The position numbers were made by a program, and so were the translations under genes. DNA of 19,561 bases from Candidatus Hydrogenedentota bacterium (GTDB taxonomy: Bacteria > Hydrogenedentota > Hydrogenedentia > Hydrogenedentales > SLHB01). The notes under the pieces were generated by a model, which was not told where the DNA came from, ran no database searches, and saw only the letters and a list, made by a program, of their open reading frames with translations. Of this stretch, positions 5,709 to 14,539 are shown one piece after another; position 1 is the first letter of the stretch, and every line of letters starts with the position of its first letter. The stretch spans positions 1-19,561 of the forward strand of contig JARKSN010000219.1 in the NCBI GenBank assembly GCA_029974275.1, in the 5' to 3' direction.

Positions 5709-8510
5709 TTACTCCACTTCGAATTCGACCGCCATGATCTTGCCCTTGGGCACGGTCACGGAGACGTTGTTTTTGGTCACCTTCAGTTTATCGCCGCGTT
5801 CCTCGGCCAAGTTCACCAGGTAAGCGGCCTTGACTTCAAAGCCTGCGCTCAAGGTCGTTCGCACTTCCTTGCTCGTGGGATTGAAAAAACGCACGAGCAG
5901 CGTGTCGCGGTCTTCCATTTTTTTCACGGCGCTGAGGACAACGTTCGGCCCCTCTATGGACAGGAAGCCCCGGTCGGGTTCGAAACAGCCTTCCTGCTTG
6001 CCAAACTGGCAGGCGCGCATCGGGGCATTGAAAGCTAGCGCCGCGTCGTAAAGACGCGCCTCGGTCCACAGGCCTTCGTGCGGCATCAGCGCGTAGCGGA
6101 AGGTGAAAGAGCGCAACGACTGCGAGCTCTCATCGCCGGGATACTCCATCCACAAGCGGTTGTCACACGGAATGCGCATCCGCACGCCGCGCACCAGGCC
6201 CATCGCCATCGTCGTGTTGTCGTCGTGTTCGAGGACTTCATAGTCCTTCGCGGCATCCAACAACACGCCAAGTCCGTTACGCCCATCGCTGAGATCGAAC
6301 CACAACTGGGCGGGATGACGCGCGAGTTCGTTGCCGCGCAGTTCGCCGTTGACGCTTGGTGTGATCGGGAATTCCGTCACCGAGAAACTGCCCTCGGCCC
6401 AGGTCTTCTTCGCGGCAAGCCCCGTCGGGAACGCGACCTTGACGTAATGGTCGCGCGCCGTGTTTTCAAGCGTCGTAACGACTTCGAGCGCGGGCGAACC
6501 CTTGCGCAACGTGACGGTCACCTTGATGGGCATGTCCACGCGCACGTCCGATCGCTTTTCCTTGGACCAATCGAACTCGGCGGGGATGCGCCACGTCATC
6601 TTGATGTCGAACACCACCGCCAACGGCCCGTTCACGCGCACCGCGACTTCCGCAGGCAGGCCAATGGTGTTGAGCATGGCATCGTCGCCGGGCGTCGCGG
6701 ACATCCACATGTTGCCGATGTCGCCCTGGTCCATAAAGTAGTTGAGGCGCGTATAGGTGTGATTGGTGTCGTTGTCCGTCACATCCAACGTGCCGTCCGG
6801 GTTGATTTTGACGCGGATGAATTCGTTCTCGGCGCAATTCGGCCCGGCCAACATGTTCTCCGCAAGAATGCGCGGCGGATCCCAGTCCTCGTGCGGATAG
6901 GGGTACTCGTTCTTCTGCGACCACTTCAGCTTGAAGACCTTGTAGCCCAAGGCCGGGACGTCCTCGGCCATGAAATAAACGTGCACCTTCGTGCTATAGA
7001 ACGGCATGTTGCGACTGCGCGGGTGATAGATGCCGGCGCGCGTCGATTTGCGTTCGGCTTCCTGCACGACGACCGCATGGCCGTCGAGGTCTTCGATGAT
7101 GAGGTGGTTGAGCTTGACGGTCGCGGGCACGTCCACAAACGCCTCGATGACTTCACTGCGGTCGAAGGAACTCGGGTTATGCACCGCGAGGAAGTACTCG
7201 CAGTCCTCGATGCCGCTCGTGTCGATCTCCTTGGTGATGTTCTGCAAGCCGCGTCGGACCAGTCCTTGGCCGACGACATGCGCCTGCTTCAACCGCGCGA
7301 TTTCACCTTCGCCAAGAGTCACGGGACCGAGGCCGTGCATCGAGTCGTGGGCGTGACTCTGGAACAAGAGCTTCCAGGCCTTGTCAAGATAGGTCTTCGG
7401 GAATTGCTCGATGCCGTGCAGCCACGCAAACGTCGACAACGGTTCCGCCCACCGCAGCAACGTGTTCTCGGCGTGGCTGTTCTCGGTAGGGATCTCGGGA
7501 TGGATCGTGAACACATCGGTATGGATCGCGCCAACCGGACCATCGCGCATCGGCCCACTGACGACATCGAGGTCTTTGCGCCCCTTCATGCCCGCGCGCA
7601 TTTCTTCGAGGTAGGCCGCCAAGGTGCTGTGGCGCACGTCGTACTTGTCGCCGTACTGCTTCTGAATTTCCCTGATGTACTCGGAGGTCATCGGGTGCGG
7701 CTCGGTGAAATCGGTGCCTTCGAAGAAAAGCAACGAGTTGGGCACGGCCGTGCCTTCGACCGTCTTCAGCGTGCGCTCCATGCCGTTCTCGACATTGGCG
7801 GGATAGAACGAGGTCTCGGGGTCGAGGATGTCATAGAACCAGCCGTGGTTGTCGGGGTCGGCGGTGTGGAATATCTTGCCCATTTCGCCCCAGTGGTATT
7901 GCCAGTCCTTATGCCACTGATCGCGGTCGTAGACGATGGGGATGTGACCCGCGAAGAAGAAGTTCCAGCGCGCTTCACGGCCCAACCGCGACGCGAACGC
8001 CCGCGTGCCGTCCGGCGCTTCCCAAAAGAACTCGGGATACTTCGTGCGCTTCGGGTCCATGTACTTGTAGAAGATGATCGTGTCGATGCCAAAGTCCGCA
8101 TATATCTGCGGCAATTGGGCGATTTGGCCGAAGGAAAAGACGTTGTAGCCGCACATCAACGGCGTGCCGAATTCCGACGCCATGCGCATGCCGTACGCCA
8201 AATTGCGCACGACCGACTCGCCGTTGATCGGCGCGCAATCGGGGAGCGTGAACCACGGCCCGATCTCGAGGCGGCCGTCCTGCACCAGTTTGACGATCTC
8301 GTCGCGACGCTCGGGACGGATTTCAAGATAGTCGTCAATCAGCGTCATTTGCCCATCCATCATGAACGACGCGAAGTTGGGATCGTCCTCAAAAATATCC
8401 AGCAGATGATCGATGCAATCCACCAGACGCATCCGCGTCCGCTCGAACTCCCAGCGGAATTCGCGGTCCCAGTGGGTATAACTCACGATATGAATACGCG
8501 GCTTTGCCAT
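5709..8510 (-). CDS. GH38 alpha-mannosidase-fold protein (MngB-like), atypical active site
   Basis: THWDRE, MDGQ, IGPWFTLPD, GESVVRNL, EFFWEAPDGT, EGTD, QSHAHDS and C-terminal LSAVKKMED..LLVRFFNP..VNLAEE. RBS GGAGG 8 nt upstream. No signal peptide. Confidence 0.88.
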   Translation of the reverse strand: MAKPRIHIVSYTHWDREFRWEFERTRMRLVDCIDHLLDIFEDDPNFASFMMDGQMTLIDDYLEIRPERRDEIVKLVQDGRLEIGPWFTLPDCAPINGESVVRNLAYGMRMASEFGTPLMCGYNVFSFGQIAQLPQIYADFGIDTIIFYKYMDPKRTKYPEFFWEAPDGTRAFASRLGREARWNFFFAGHIPIVYDRDQWHKDWQYHWGEMGKIFHTADPDNHGWFYDILDPETSFYPANVENGMERTLKTVEGTAVPNSLLFFEGTDFTEPHPMTSEYIREIQKQYGDKYDVRHSTLAAYLEEMRAGMKGRKDLDVVSGPMRDGPVGAIHTDVFTIHPEIPTENSHAENTLLRWAEPLSTFAWLHGIEQFPKTYLDKAWKLLFQSHAHDSMHGLGPVTLGEGEIARLKQAHVVGQGLVRRGLQNITKEIDTSGIEDCEYFLAVHNPSSFDRSEVIEAFVDVPATVKLNHLIIEDLDGHAVVVQEAERKSTRAGIYHPRSRNMPFYSTKVHVYFMAEDVPALGYKVFKLKWSQKNEYPYPHEDWDPPRILAENMLAGPNCAENEFIRVKINPDGTLDVTDNDTNHTYTRLNYFMDQGDIGNMWMSATPGDDAMLNTIGLPAEVAVRVNGPLAVVFDIKMTWRIPAEFDWSKEKRSDVRVDMPIKVTVTLRKGSPALEVVTTLENTARDHYVKVAFPTGLAAKKTWAEGSFSVTEFPITPSVNGELRGNELARHPAQLWFDLSDGRNGLGVLLDAAKDYEVLEHDDNTTMAMGLVRGVRMRIPCDNRLWMEYPGDESSQSLRSFTFRYALMPHEGLWTEARLYDAALAFNAPMRACQFGKQEGCFEPDRGFLSIEGPNVVLSAVKKMEDRDTLLVRFFNPTSKEVRTTLSAGFEVKAAYLVNLAEERGDKLKVTKNNVSVTVPKGKIMAVEFEVE

Positions 8511-8536
8511 CGGAATGTCCTCCCTCGTTCTCGTCT

Positions 8537-9922
8537 TTAACGCAACAACGACTCGGGCAAGAATACCCGGTGTTTCAACATCACTTCGGGCACGCCGCCG
8601 TAGGCGACGTGCGTGGCGGCGTTGAAGGCATGGCCCTTCGTTTCAGGGAACGGAAGCGCACAGCACACAGGGATGCCCGCGGCCCGGATCGCGATGGTCC
8701 CGGATTCGCTGTCCTCGAAACCCACGACCTTGTTGAAGTCGGCGGGCGCAATCCCCATTTGGTGCAGCGCCAACGAATACAGATCCCGGTGCGGCTTGAG
8801 GCGTATCTCGCTCGAATCGCTGGCCGTGATGAAACCGTCGTAGTAGTTCTTGTAGTCCGCGAACTGCTCGCACAGAAACAGCCGCTTTTCGGCGGGCACG
8901 TCCCACGTCTTGATTTCCTCGACCAACACGCGGAACACCTCGCTCAACACGATGTTCGCCTCGTAGTGAATCGACGAGGTCACAATCGACACCGCCAACG
9001 GGCGGTCCTTGAAGTACTTCGCCAACTTCGCGAGATTGGGGCGCAACGCGTCGATCTCGGCCTTGGACTCGCCGATGGACACGAGGTAGTCCGCGAGGAT
9101 CGGGTAACAGGCATCGGCACAATCGTCGAGCCAACCCTTAATCAAGGCAAGAAAAACGCCTATGCCATGCATCGGTTCGATTAGGTGTTTGTCGGCGCTG
9201 CCGAGAATGGCCTTGGCGAACTCCGCACCTTCCCCTTTTGCGAGATGGGCAAGGATGAAATGGTAGCGTTGGTAGTAGATGTCGACTGCCGCGCGCACGA
9301 TGCTCGTGACATCGTTGAACGGCAGACGCGGCGCATAGTGCGCGGTCACTTGTGCAATCGCCTCGCGCGCACACGTGCTGTCCAGGTCTGCGGCCTTGGT
9401 CAACTGCACGAAACGCTCGTCGCGCATCATGTCGCCGATGCCCAGCGCATACAGATTGCTCGCAACCTCGCGGCGACGTCCCGGATCGGCGGCGTGGCCC
9501 ACCGTCCATGCGGCCGCATAAACGAGAAAGGATTGCAACGCCGACGCCTGGATGTCAGCCTGGTACGTGCGAATGAGGTATTCGACATGCTTGGTCGTGC
9601 TGTTGCCAATGATGTGCGGATAGTCGCGCTCGCGGTCCAGTCCCGCCCACGCCGTATCATGCTCGCGCCCGGTGATCCGGCGCACCATCATCTCGAGCGA
9701 ATGCAGGCACAACGGCTCGGTCGTCGTCGTCGTGCCGTCCATGTCCATGACCGCCCCGAGGATACCCTCCGACAATGCTTCAGCGCGCGGCGCCAGGGGA
9801 TAAATATCATACGGCGGATATACGTAACCGGGGTTCTCGACGACGGCATATTCGTCGCCGAAACGCGAAATCAGCTCGATCGCGCCGGATAGGTCGGTGT
9901 ATTTAGGTATTGGATTGGTCAT
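8537..9922 (-). CDS. HAD-superfamily phosphatase/mutase (beta-PGM-like motifs) with very large cap, 461 aa
   Basis: Motif I DMDGT, motif II IVTSS, motif III KPHRDLY, motif IV GFEDSESG. Start re-called to ATG 9922 (GGGGAG upstream); the longer ORF would overlap ppnP. Confidence 0.82.
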   Translation of the reverse strand: MTNPIPKYTDLSGAIELISRFGDEYAVVENPGYVYPPYDIYPLAPRAEALSEGILGAVMDMDGTTTTTEPLCLHSLEMMVRRITGREHDTAWAGLDRERDYPHIIGNSTTKHVEYLIRTYQADIQASALQSFLVYAAAWTVGHAADPGRRREVASNLYALGIGDMMRDERFVQLTKAADLDSTCAREAIAQVTAHYAPRLPFNDVTSIVRAAVDIYYQRYHFILAHLAKGEGAEFAKAILGSADKHLIEPMHGIGVFLALIKGWLDDCADACYPILADYLVSIGESKAEIDALRPNLAKLAKYFKDRPLAVSIVTSSIHYEANIVLSEVFRVLVEEIKTWDVPAEKRLFLCEQFADYKNYYDGFITASDSSEIRLKPHRDLYSLALHQMGIAPADFNKVVGFEDSESGTIAIRAAGIPVCCALPFPETKGHAFNAATHVAYGGVPEVMLKHRVFLPESLLR

Positions 9923-10048
9923 CTCGCTCTCTCCCCATCGCATCATTCGCCCAACAGGTCCGGGGCGCCGCGCCCCGATCAAGCCACGGGCGCGAATTGT
10001 ACCTAATCGCCGCTCAGCGATAAAGAGGAGAAAAGGCGATCGTTTCGG

Positions 10049-10077
10049 TTGTCGCCTCTGGGGAATTTGGGTATCAT
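10049..10077 (+). promoter_or_regulatory. Putative sigma70 promoter for ppnP
   Basis: TTGTCG (10049-10054), 17-nt spacer, TATCAT (10072-10077). RBS AGGAGA at 10113-10118. Confidence 0.55.
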
Positions 10078-10124
10078 GCCTCCCCACAACCCTGGAGGAT
10101 GGGTCGCAACACAGGAGAATCGTC

Positions 10125-10454
10125 ATGACGCACCCAACGCCCCTGGAATTCGCCGCTGTCACTGCCGTATGCAAGGCGAACATCTATTTCGATGGAAACG
10201 TCGTCAGCCACACGGTGAAGTTCGCCGATGGCTCTAAAAAGACCCTGGGACTCATCTATCCAGGATCCTACGAGTTCCGCACCGGCGCGCCCGAGCGCAT
10301 GGAAATCATCGCGGGAACCTGCCGCGCAAAACTTTCGGACACGACCGACTGGACCGTCTACCCAGCCGGCGCATTTTTCGATGTGCCCGGCGATTCCTCC
10401 TTCGAGATTGCAGTGGATGACGGCATCGTGGAATACGTTTGTTCCTTTCAGTAA
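10125..10454 (+). CDS. ppnP: Pyrimidine/purine nucleoside phosphorylase (YaiE/DUF1255 cupin)
   Basis: KANIYFDGNVVSHTVKFADGSKKTLGLIYPGSYEFRTGAPERMEI...F.VPGDSSF...YVCSF is the family signature. Start re-called to ATG 10125 after AGGAGA. Confidence 0.92.
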   Translation: MTHPTPLEFAAVTAVCKANIYFDGNVVSHTVKFADGSKKTLGLIYPGSYEFRTGAPERMEIIAGTCRAKLSDTTDWTVYPAGAFFDVPGDSSFEIAVDDGIVEYVCSFQ

Positions 10455-10499
10455 ATCCAGCGGACGTCCCGCGTTCCAACCATGCAAGGAAGAGAGAGC

Positions 10500-11591
10500 A
10501 TGAAAACGATCCCCTTCTGGCGGCAAATGGCGGCATTGCGCGACGGAGACGCCTTCGGCTTTTCAAACGGCGGATGGGCATACGACGCCTATCCCGAGTT
10601 GGAAACCCTGGATGCGGGCCGGGCCATGACCATCGCCGACATTGAAGGCCCCGCCGTCATCAACCGCATACACTGCACCCGTCACTTCGTGAAGCCTCCC
10701 TCCGCGGAGGAGGGGCAATCCGAAGAACTCGATGCCCTGTGCGGCCGGGGCATTATCTTTGAAGTGTATTACAATGGCGAAGCGACGCCTGCCGTGCGGG
10801 TCCCTCTCGCCGATTTTTTCGCGGACGGCTGCTGCGGGCGCGCCCTGCACTTCTCGTCGCCGTTTCTGGAAAAATCGCTGGAATCCTACAACTGCCATAT
10901 TCCCATGCCCTTTGCAGGATCCGCCCGCGTGGTTTTGTGCAACGAGACGCCTCACAACTTCATGAATTACAGCTTTGTCGAGTTCGAGCGGTTGTCTGCA
11001 TGGGACCCGGAACTCGGCTACTTTCATGCAACATGGCGGCGATGGGCTTTCCCTTTGTCATTCGCGAGCGACGAAATGTTTTGGCGCGTCGAAGGACGCG
11101 GCCATCTCGTAGGGAGATCCTGGAGCGTGGCCACGGATGAAACTCTATTTCCCGAGTTCGGATTCGTGATGGAGGGGAACAACCAAGTCCTCATCGATGG
11201 CGCAGCGGCTCCCCGCGCGGATTATCTCGGCTCGGAAGATTCATTCGGGTTTGCATGGGGGTTTCGCGGCGTGTTTTCGGGACATCGCAGCGGCATCAAC
11301 TTTGTGCGTCAAAAAGGTCCCGCGTTGCTCAGTCTGTACGAGTTCCGGGACGTAAACGCCATTCCGTTCAATTCCTCCCTGGAATGGCGCGTAAATTGGT
11401 TGCACGAGCTCCGCGGCGATCAGGCAGTTCGCGAACTCATTGGGGAGCGCAACGCCGCAGGAGGTTGCTGGGTCGATTACGCAACCACGCACTACTGGTA
11501 TCAGCAGCGCGTCGGATATCCGCACGTTCCGCTTCCGCCGCTTGAAGAACGCGTCAAGACCGTATTGCGCCAAAATCCGGCGCAGCCATAG
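10500..11591 (+). CDS. DUF2961 / glycoside hydrolase family 172-like protein
   Basis: IADIEGPAVINRIHCT, VRVPLADFF, YNCHIPMPF, YFHATWRR, EGRGHLVG, MEGNNQVLIDG, GSEDSFGFAWG, IPFNSSL and YWYQ. ATG 10500 with AAGGA upstream. No signal peptide. Confidence 0.82.
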   Translation: MKTIPFWRQMAALRDGDAFGFSNGGWAYDAYPELETLDAGRAMTIADIEGPAVINRIHCTRHFVKPPSAEEGQSEELDALCGRGIIFEVYYNGEATPAVRVPLADFFADGCCGRALHFSSPFLEKSLESYNCHIPMPFAGSARVVLCNETPHNFMNYSFVEFERLSAWDPELGYFHATWRRWAFPLSFASDEMFWRVEGRGHLVGRSWSVATDETLFPEFGFVMEGNNQVLIDGAAAPRADYLGSEDSFGFAWGFRGVFSGHRSGINFVRQKGPALLSLYEFRDVNAIPFNSSLEWRVNWLHELRGDQAVRELIGERNAAGGCWVDYATTHYWYQQRVGYPHVPLPPLEERVKTVLRQNPAQP

Positions 11592-11620
11592 CCGCGCTGT
11601 CGCTGCGATGGCGCTTCGGC

Positions 11621-14539
11621 TCACCAAAATATGTATTTCAGGAACGTCGCCTTGCTCGCGGCATCGAGTTCGTCAAAATCGACGATCTCATAGCGATTGT
11701 CGTCGATATCAAAAATAATGCGGCCGTTTACGCCGCCTTCCTGCACGCTTTCGCGCTGCCAACGACGCGTGAGAAACTCGATCTCTCCCTTGTCCGTAGC
11801 AACATGCCACACCAAGAAGCCCATGTTGTCCTTGTTCTCGCGAATGCTGTTGATGCTCTCGATATAATGGATGAAATAGCGCTTGCCCAACTCGTGCTCG
11901 ACAGCCAGACGGGAACTAGGGGCAAGCTCTTTCAACCGGCGAATCATTCCAATCTGGTGGTGTTCAAGCGCCGAGGCGCCCGTCCACAGTGCAATGAATT
12001 CCCGCGGACGCGACACCGGAAAACACCGGTACGCGCGGACCTGGTCGTAGCTTTCGCCTTCGTACACCACGCGCATGCCGCCCTCATCGAGCGAATAGAT
12101 GTGGAGAGCTTTCGGATCCAAATAACGCATGCGCGGCACGATGCTGTTGCGGACGGGCTTCGCCGGTTGCGTGCGCAATGCCTTGGCCTTGGCCTGCTCG
12201 GCCCTATCCAGGTCGTCCAACGACTTCAGGTTGTCGATGTTGTCGGCGCTCTGCCCGCTAAGCTGCGACTGAATGTCCACGAGCTTCTTATAGATGCCCT
12301 TTTGCGCGATCAACTCCTCGTGCGTGCCTTGCTCGCGGATAATGCCTTCCTCGAAAACAAGGATGCGGTCACAATTCTGCAAGGTCGAAAGTCGGTGAGC
12401 GATGGCGATGGTCGTACGGCCAAGACTCAAGGCCTCCAATGCCCGCTGAATCTCGCGCTCCGCGATGGTGTCCACGCTCGACGTCGCCTCGTCCAAAATC
12501 AACACGTGTGGATTGTGCACCAACGCGCGCGCAATGGCGACACGCTGGCGCTCGCCGCCGGACAATCCGGACCCGCCTTCGCCCAGGCGCGAATCGTAGC
12601 CATCGTGATTGCGCGTAATGAACATGTGCGCATTCGCCTGAAGCGCCGCATCGAGAATGGCCTCGGGCGCCACATCCGGATTGCCGTACGAGATGTTCTC
12701 CGCAATCGTCCCGCGGAAAAGAAAGGGGTCCTGCGCCACGATGCCCACCTGACGCCGCAGACAGGATTTGCGAATGCGCCGGATATCGATGTTGTCAATG
12801 GTAATGCCGCCCTCGCTAGGCTCGTAAAAACGCATCATCAGGCTCACCGTCGTGGATTTGCCGCAGCCGCTATGCCCCACGATGCCGATCATCTCTCCGG
12901 GACGGATTTGGAAACTGATATCGTGCAGCACAGGAATGTGCCGGTCATATCCGAAAGTGACATTCTTGAACTCAATCCCCCCGTGAATCTCGAAGTCGAC
13001 CATGTCCGGCGTCTCCTGGAATTCGGGGTCTTGGTCGAGCACCTCGAAGACGCGGTGAGCCTGCGTGGTGAACTGGGTGAACCATGTCGACATCTGGGTC
13101 AGCGAGTTCAACGGCCCATAAAACATGCCCAAATATCCCAGAAACGCCAGGAGTTCGCCCATGGACATGTTCCCGGTCTTGTGAACGATGGCCAAGCCGC
13201 CGATCAGCCAGATGGGGAAACTTCCGAGCTGAAACACAAAACCCATCGTGGGATAAAAAATCGCCGAGGGCAATCCGACGTTCAGGCCCGCATCCCGAAA
13301 ACGTCCGCTGAACTTCGCAAAACGGGCCTGCTCGCGCTTCTCCTGTGCGAATGCCTTGACCACGCGGACGCCGGACAAGGCCGCGTGCAGGTTGTTATTG
13401 AGATCGGAACGCGTAGTCCAGTATTTGCGCCAGAGCGGCACGATATGCCTGTAGAACCAGACCGTGAACGCCATGACAAAGGGAGCGGGCAGACACGCCC
13501 AGAGCGCCAGTTGCCAGCTAGTGCCAAACATGAACACCACGGTCCCCAGCAGTAAAAGCATCTGGAACCCGAAACCAGACGTGAGCTGGTTGATGAACCC
13601 CTGCAGCGCCTCGATATCCTGCGAACAGCGGGTCATGAGCTGCCCAACGGGGTGAATGTCATGGTAGCGGACCGCCATGTCCTGAAGCTTCTGAAACACG
13701 TCGCGGCGCAGGTCATACCCCATTCGATTGTTGATGCGCGACGCGATGAGTTCACGCAAAATGCTGACGCCGGCCCCCAACAAGGCAGTGACCGCCAACA
13801 ACGCGATAAGCAGCCACAGCCAATGAGTCCGCGCTTCCGGGCTATTGTCCTGAATCCCCACCGCCTGCGAAATGAGGGCGAACCACACCGGCGTGATTTG
13901 GCTCTCGTTGAGAACATTGTCGACCAGCACCTTGACCAATTGCTGCGGCACCAACATCGAAAAAATGGTGAGGACGACCAAGACCATGCCCGCCAGGATC
14001 GTCGGCCAATACTGCTTCGTGCGCAGCAGAAAGCGGAAAAACACCGTGCCCCGGCGCACCTTCGCATGGGGAGAGTCCAAACTGCTCTTCAGGGAGGCAT
14101 CCTCGTCCAGCGGCTCATCCTTGGCCAGGACAGGCAACTGCTTCCCCTCGGCTAGGGATTTGATCGTCGCCGCCACCTTCGCGAATTTCTCGGCATACTT
14201 GTTGGAAAAACGAATGAACTCCTCATACATGCCATTCGTCTTGATCTCGATGAAACCCGACCCAACGCGCGTGTCCGTTCGCGCGCTGTCGACCCCCTCC
14301 AAGGCTTCCTCTTTCAGCAAAAACGCCTGGTCCTCTTCCTCGTCGAGCATGTATACAAGGATATGCGTGGCCGTCACCACGACCCAGGATTCGGAGTACT
14401 CGCCGGCAATGTCGAGATCGGTGTCGGTGGCGACAAGGACTTGGTCCCCGCGGATGCCGCGCGCGACAAGGTCCTTCTCGATAAGTTCCGGCAATGGACG
14501 GCGGATGGATAACGATGAAGACGCTTCTTGGTCTGTCAT
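11621..14539 (-). CDS. ABC exporter (N-terminal soluble domain + TMD + NBD) fused to a C-terminal DUF1854-like domain
   Basis: About 6 hydrophobic helices, VVKAFAQE, Walker A GHSGCGKST, Q-loop VAQDPFLF, LSGGERQR, LILDEATS and AHRLST. The tail RAYRCFPVS..IGMI..ELGKRYF..WHVATDKG..DIDDNRYEI.DFDELD resembles DUF1854. Confidence 0.88.
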   Translation of the reverse strand: MTDQEASSSLSIRRPLPELIEKDLVARGIRGDQVLVATDTDLDIAGEYSESWVVVTATHILVYMLDEEEDQAFLLKEEALEGVDSARTDTRVGSGFIEIKTNGMYEEFIRFSNKYAEKFAKVAATIKSLAEGKQLPVLAKDEPLDEDASLKSSLDSPHAKVRRGTVFFRFLLRTKQYWPTILAGMVLVVLTIFSMLVPQQLVKVLVDNVLNESQITPVWFALISQAVGIQDNSPEARTHWLWLLIALLAVTALLGAGVSILRELIASRINNRMGYDLRRDVFQKLQDMAVRYHDIHPVGQLMTRCSQDIEALQGFINQLTSGFGFQMLLLLGTVVFMFGTSWQLALWACLPAPFVMAFTVWFYRHIVPLWRKYWTTRSDLNNNLHAALSGVRVVKAFAQEKREQARFAKFSGRFRDAGLNVGLPSAIFYPTMGFVFQLGSFPIWLIGGLAIVHKTGNMSMGELLAFLGYLGMFYGPLNSLTQMSTWFTQFTTQAHRVFEVLDQDPEFQETPDMVDFEIHGGIEFKNVTFGYDRHIPVLHDISFQIRPGEMIGIVGHSGCGKSTTVSLMMRFYEPSEGGITIDNIDIRRIRKSCLRRQVGIVAQDPFLFRGTIAENISYGNPDVAPEAILDAALQANAHMFITRNHDGYDSRLGEGGSGLSGGERQRVAIARALVHNPHVLILDEATSSVDTIAEREIQRALEALSLGRTTIAIAHRLSTLQNCDRILVFEEGIIREQGTHEELIAQKGIYKKLVDIQSQLSGQSADNIDNLKSLDDLDRAEQAKAKALRTQPAKPVRNSIVPRMRYLDPKALHIYSLDEGGMRVVYEGESYDQVRAYRCFPVSRPREFIALWTGASALEHHQIGMIRRLKELAPSSRLAVEHELGKRYFIHYIESINSIRENKDNMGFLVWHVATDKGEIEFLTRRWQRESVQEGGVNGRIIFDIDDNRYEIVDFDELDAASKATFLKYIFW

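Noticed and set aside
6078..8540. 820-aa + strand ORF antisense to the GH38 gene
   Set aside because: Shadow ORF expected from GC-rich codon bias; no recognisable motifs, and the - strand protein has clear family signatures.
9719..9735. Short (TCG)n trinucleotide run
   Set aside because: Encodes the TTTTT stretch after HAD motif I; too short and in-frame to indicate phase variation.
9923..10183. Extended 5' ends of the HAD ORF (to 10183) and the ppnP ORF (from 9897) in the ORF track
   Set aside because: They overlap each other head-to-head. Internal ATGs with good RBS give family-typical starts and leave a divergent promoter region.
11804..13555. 583-aa + strand ORF antisense to the ABC transporter
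   Set aside because: Shadow ORF of a well-supported gene.
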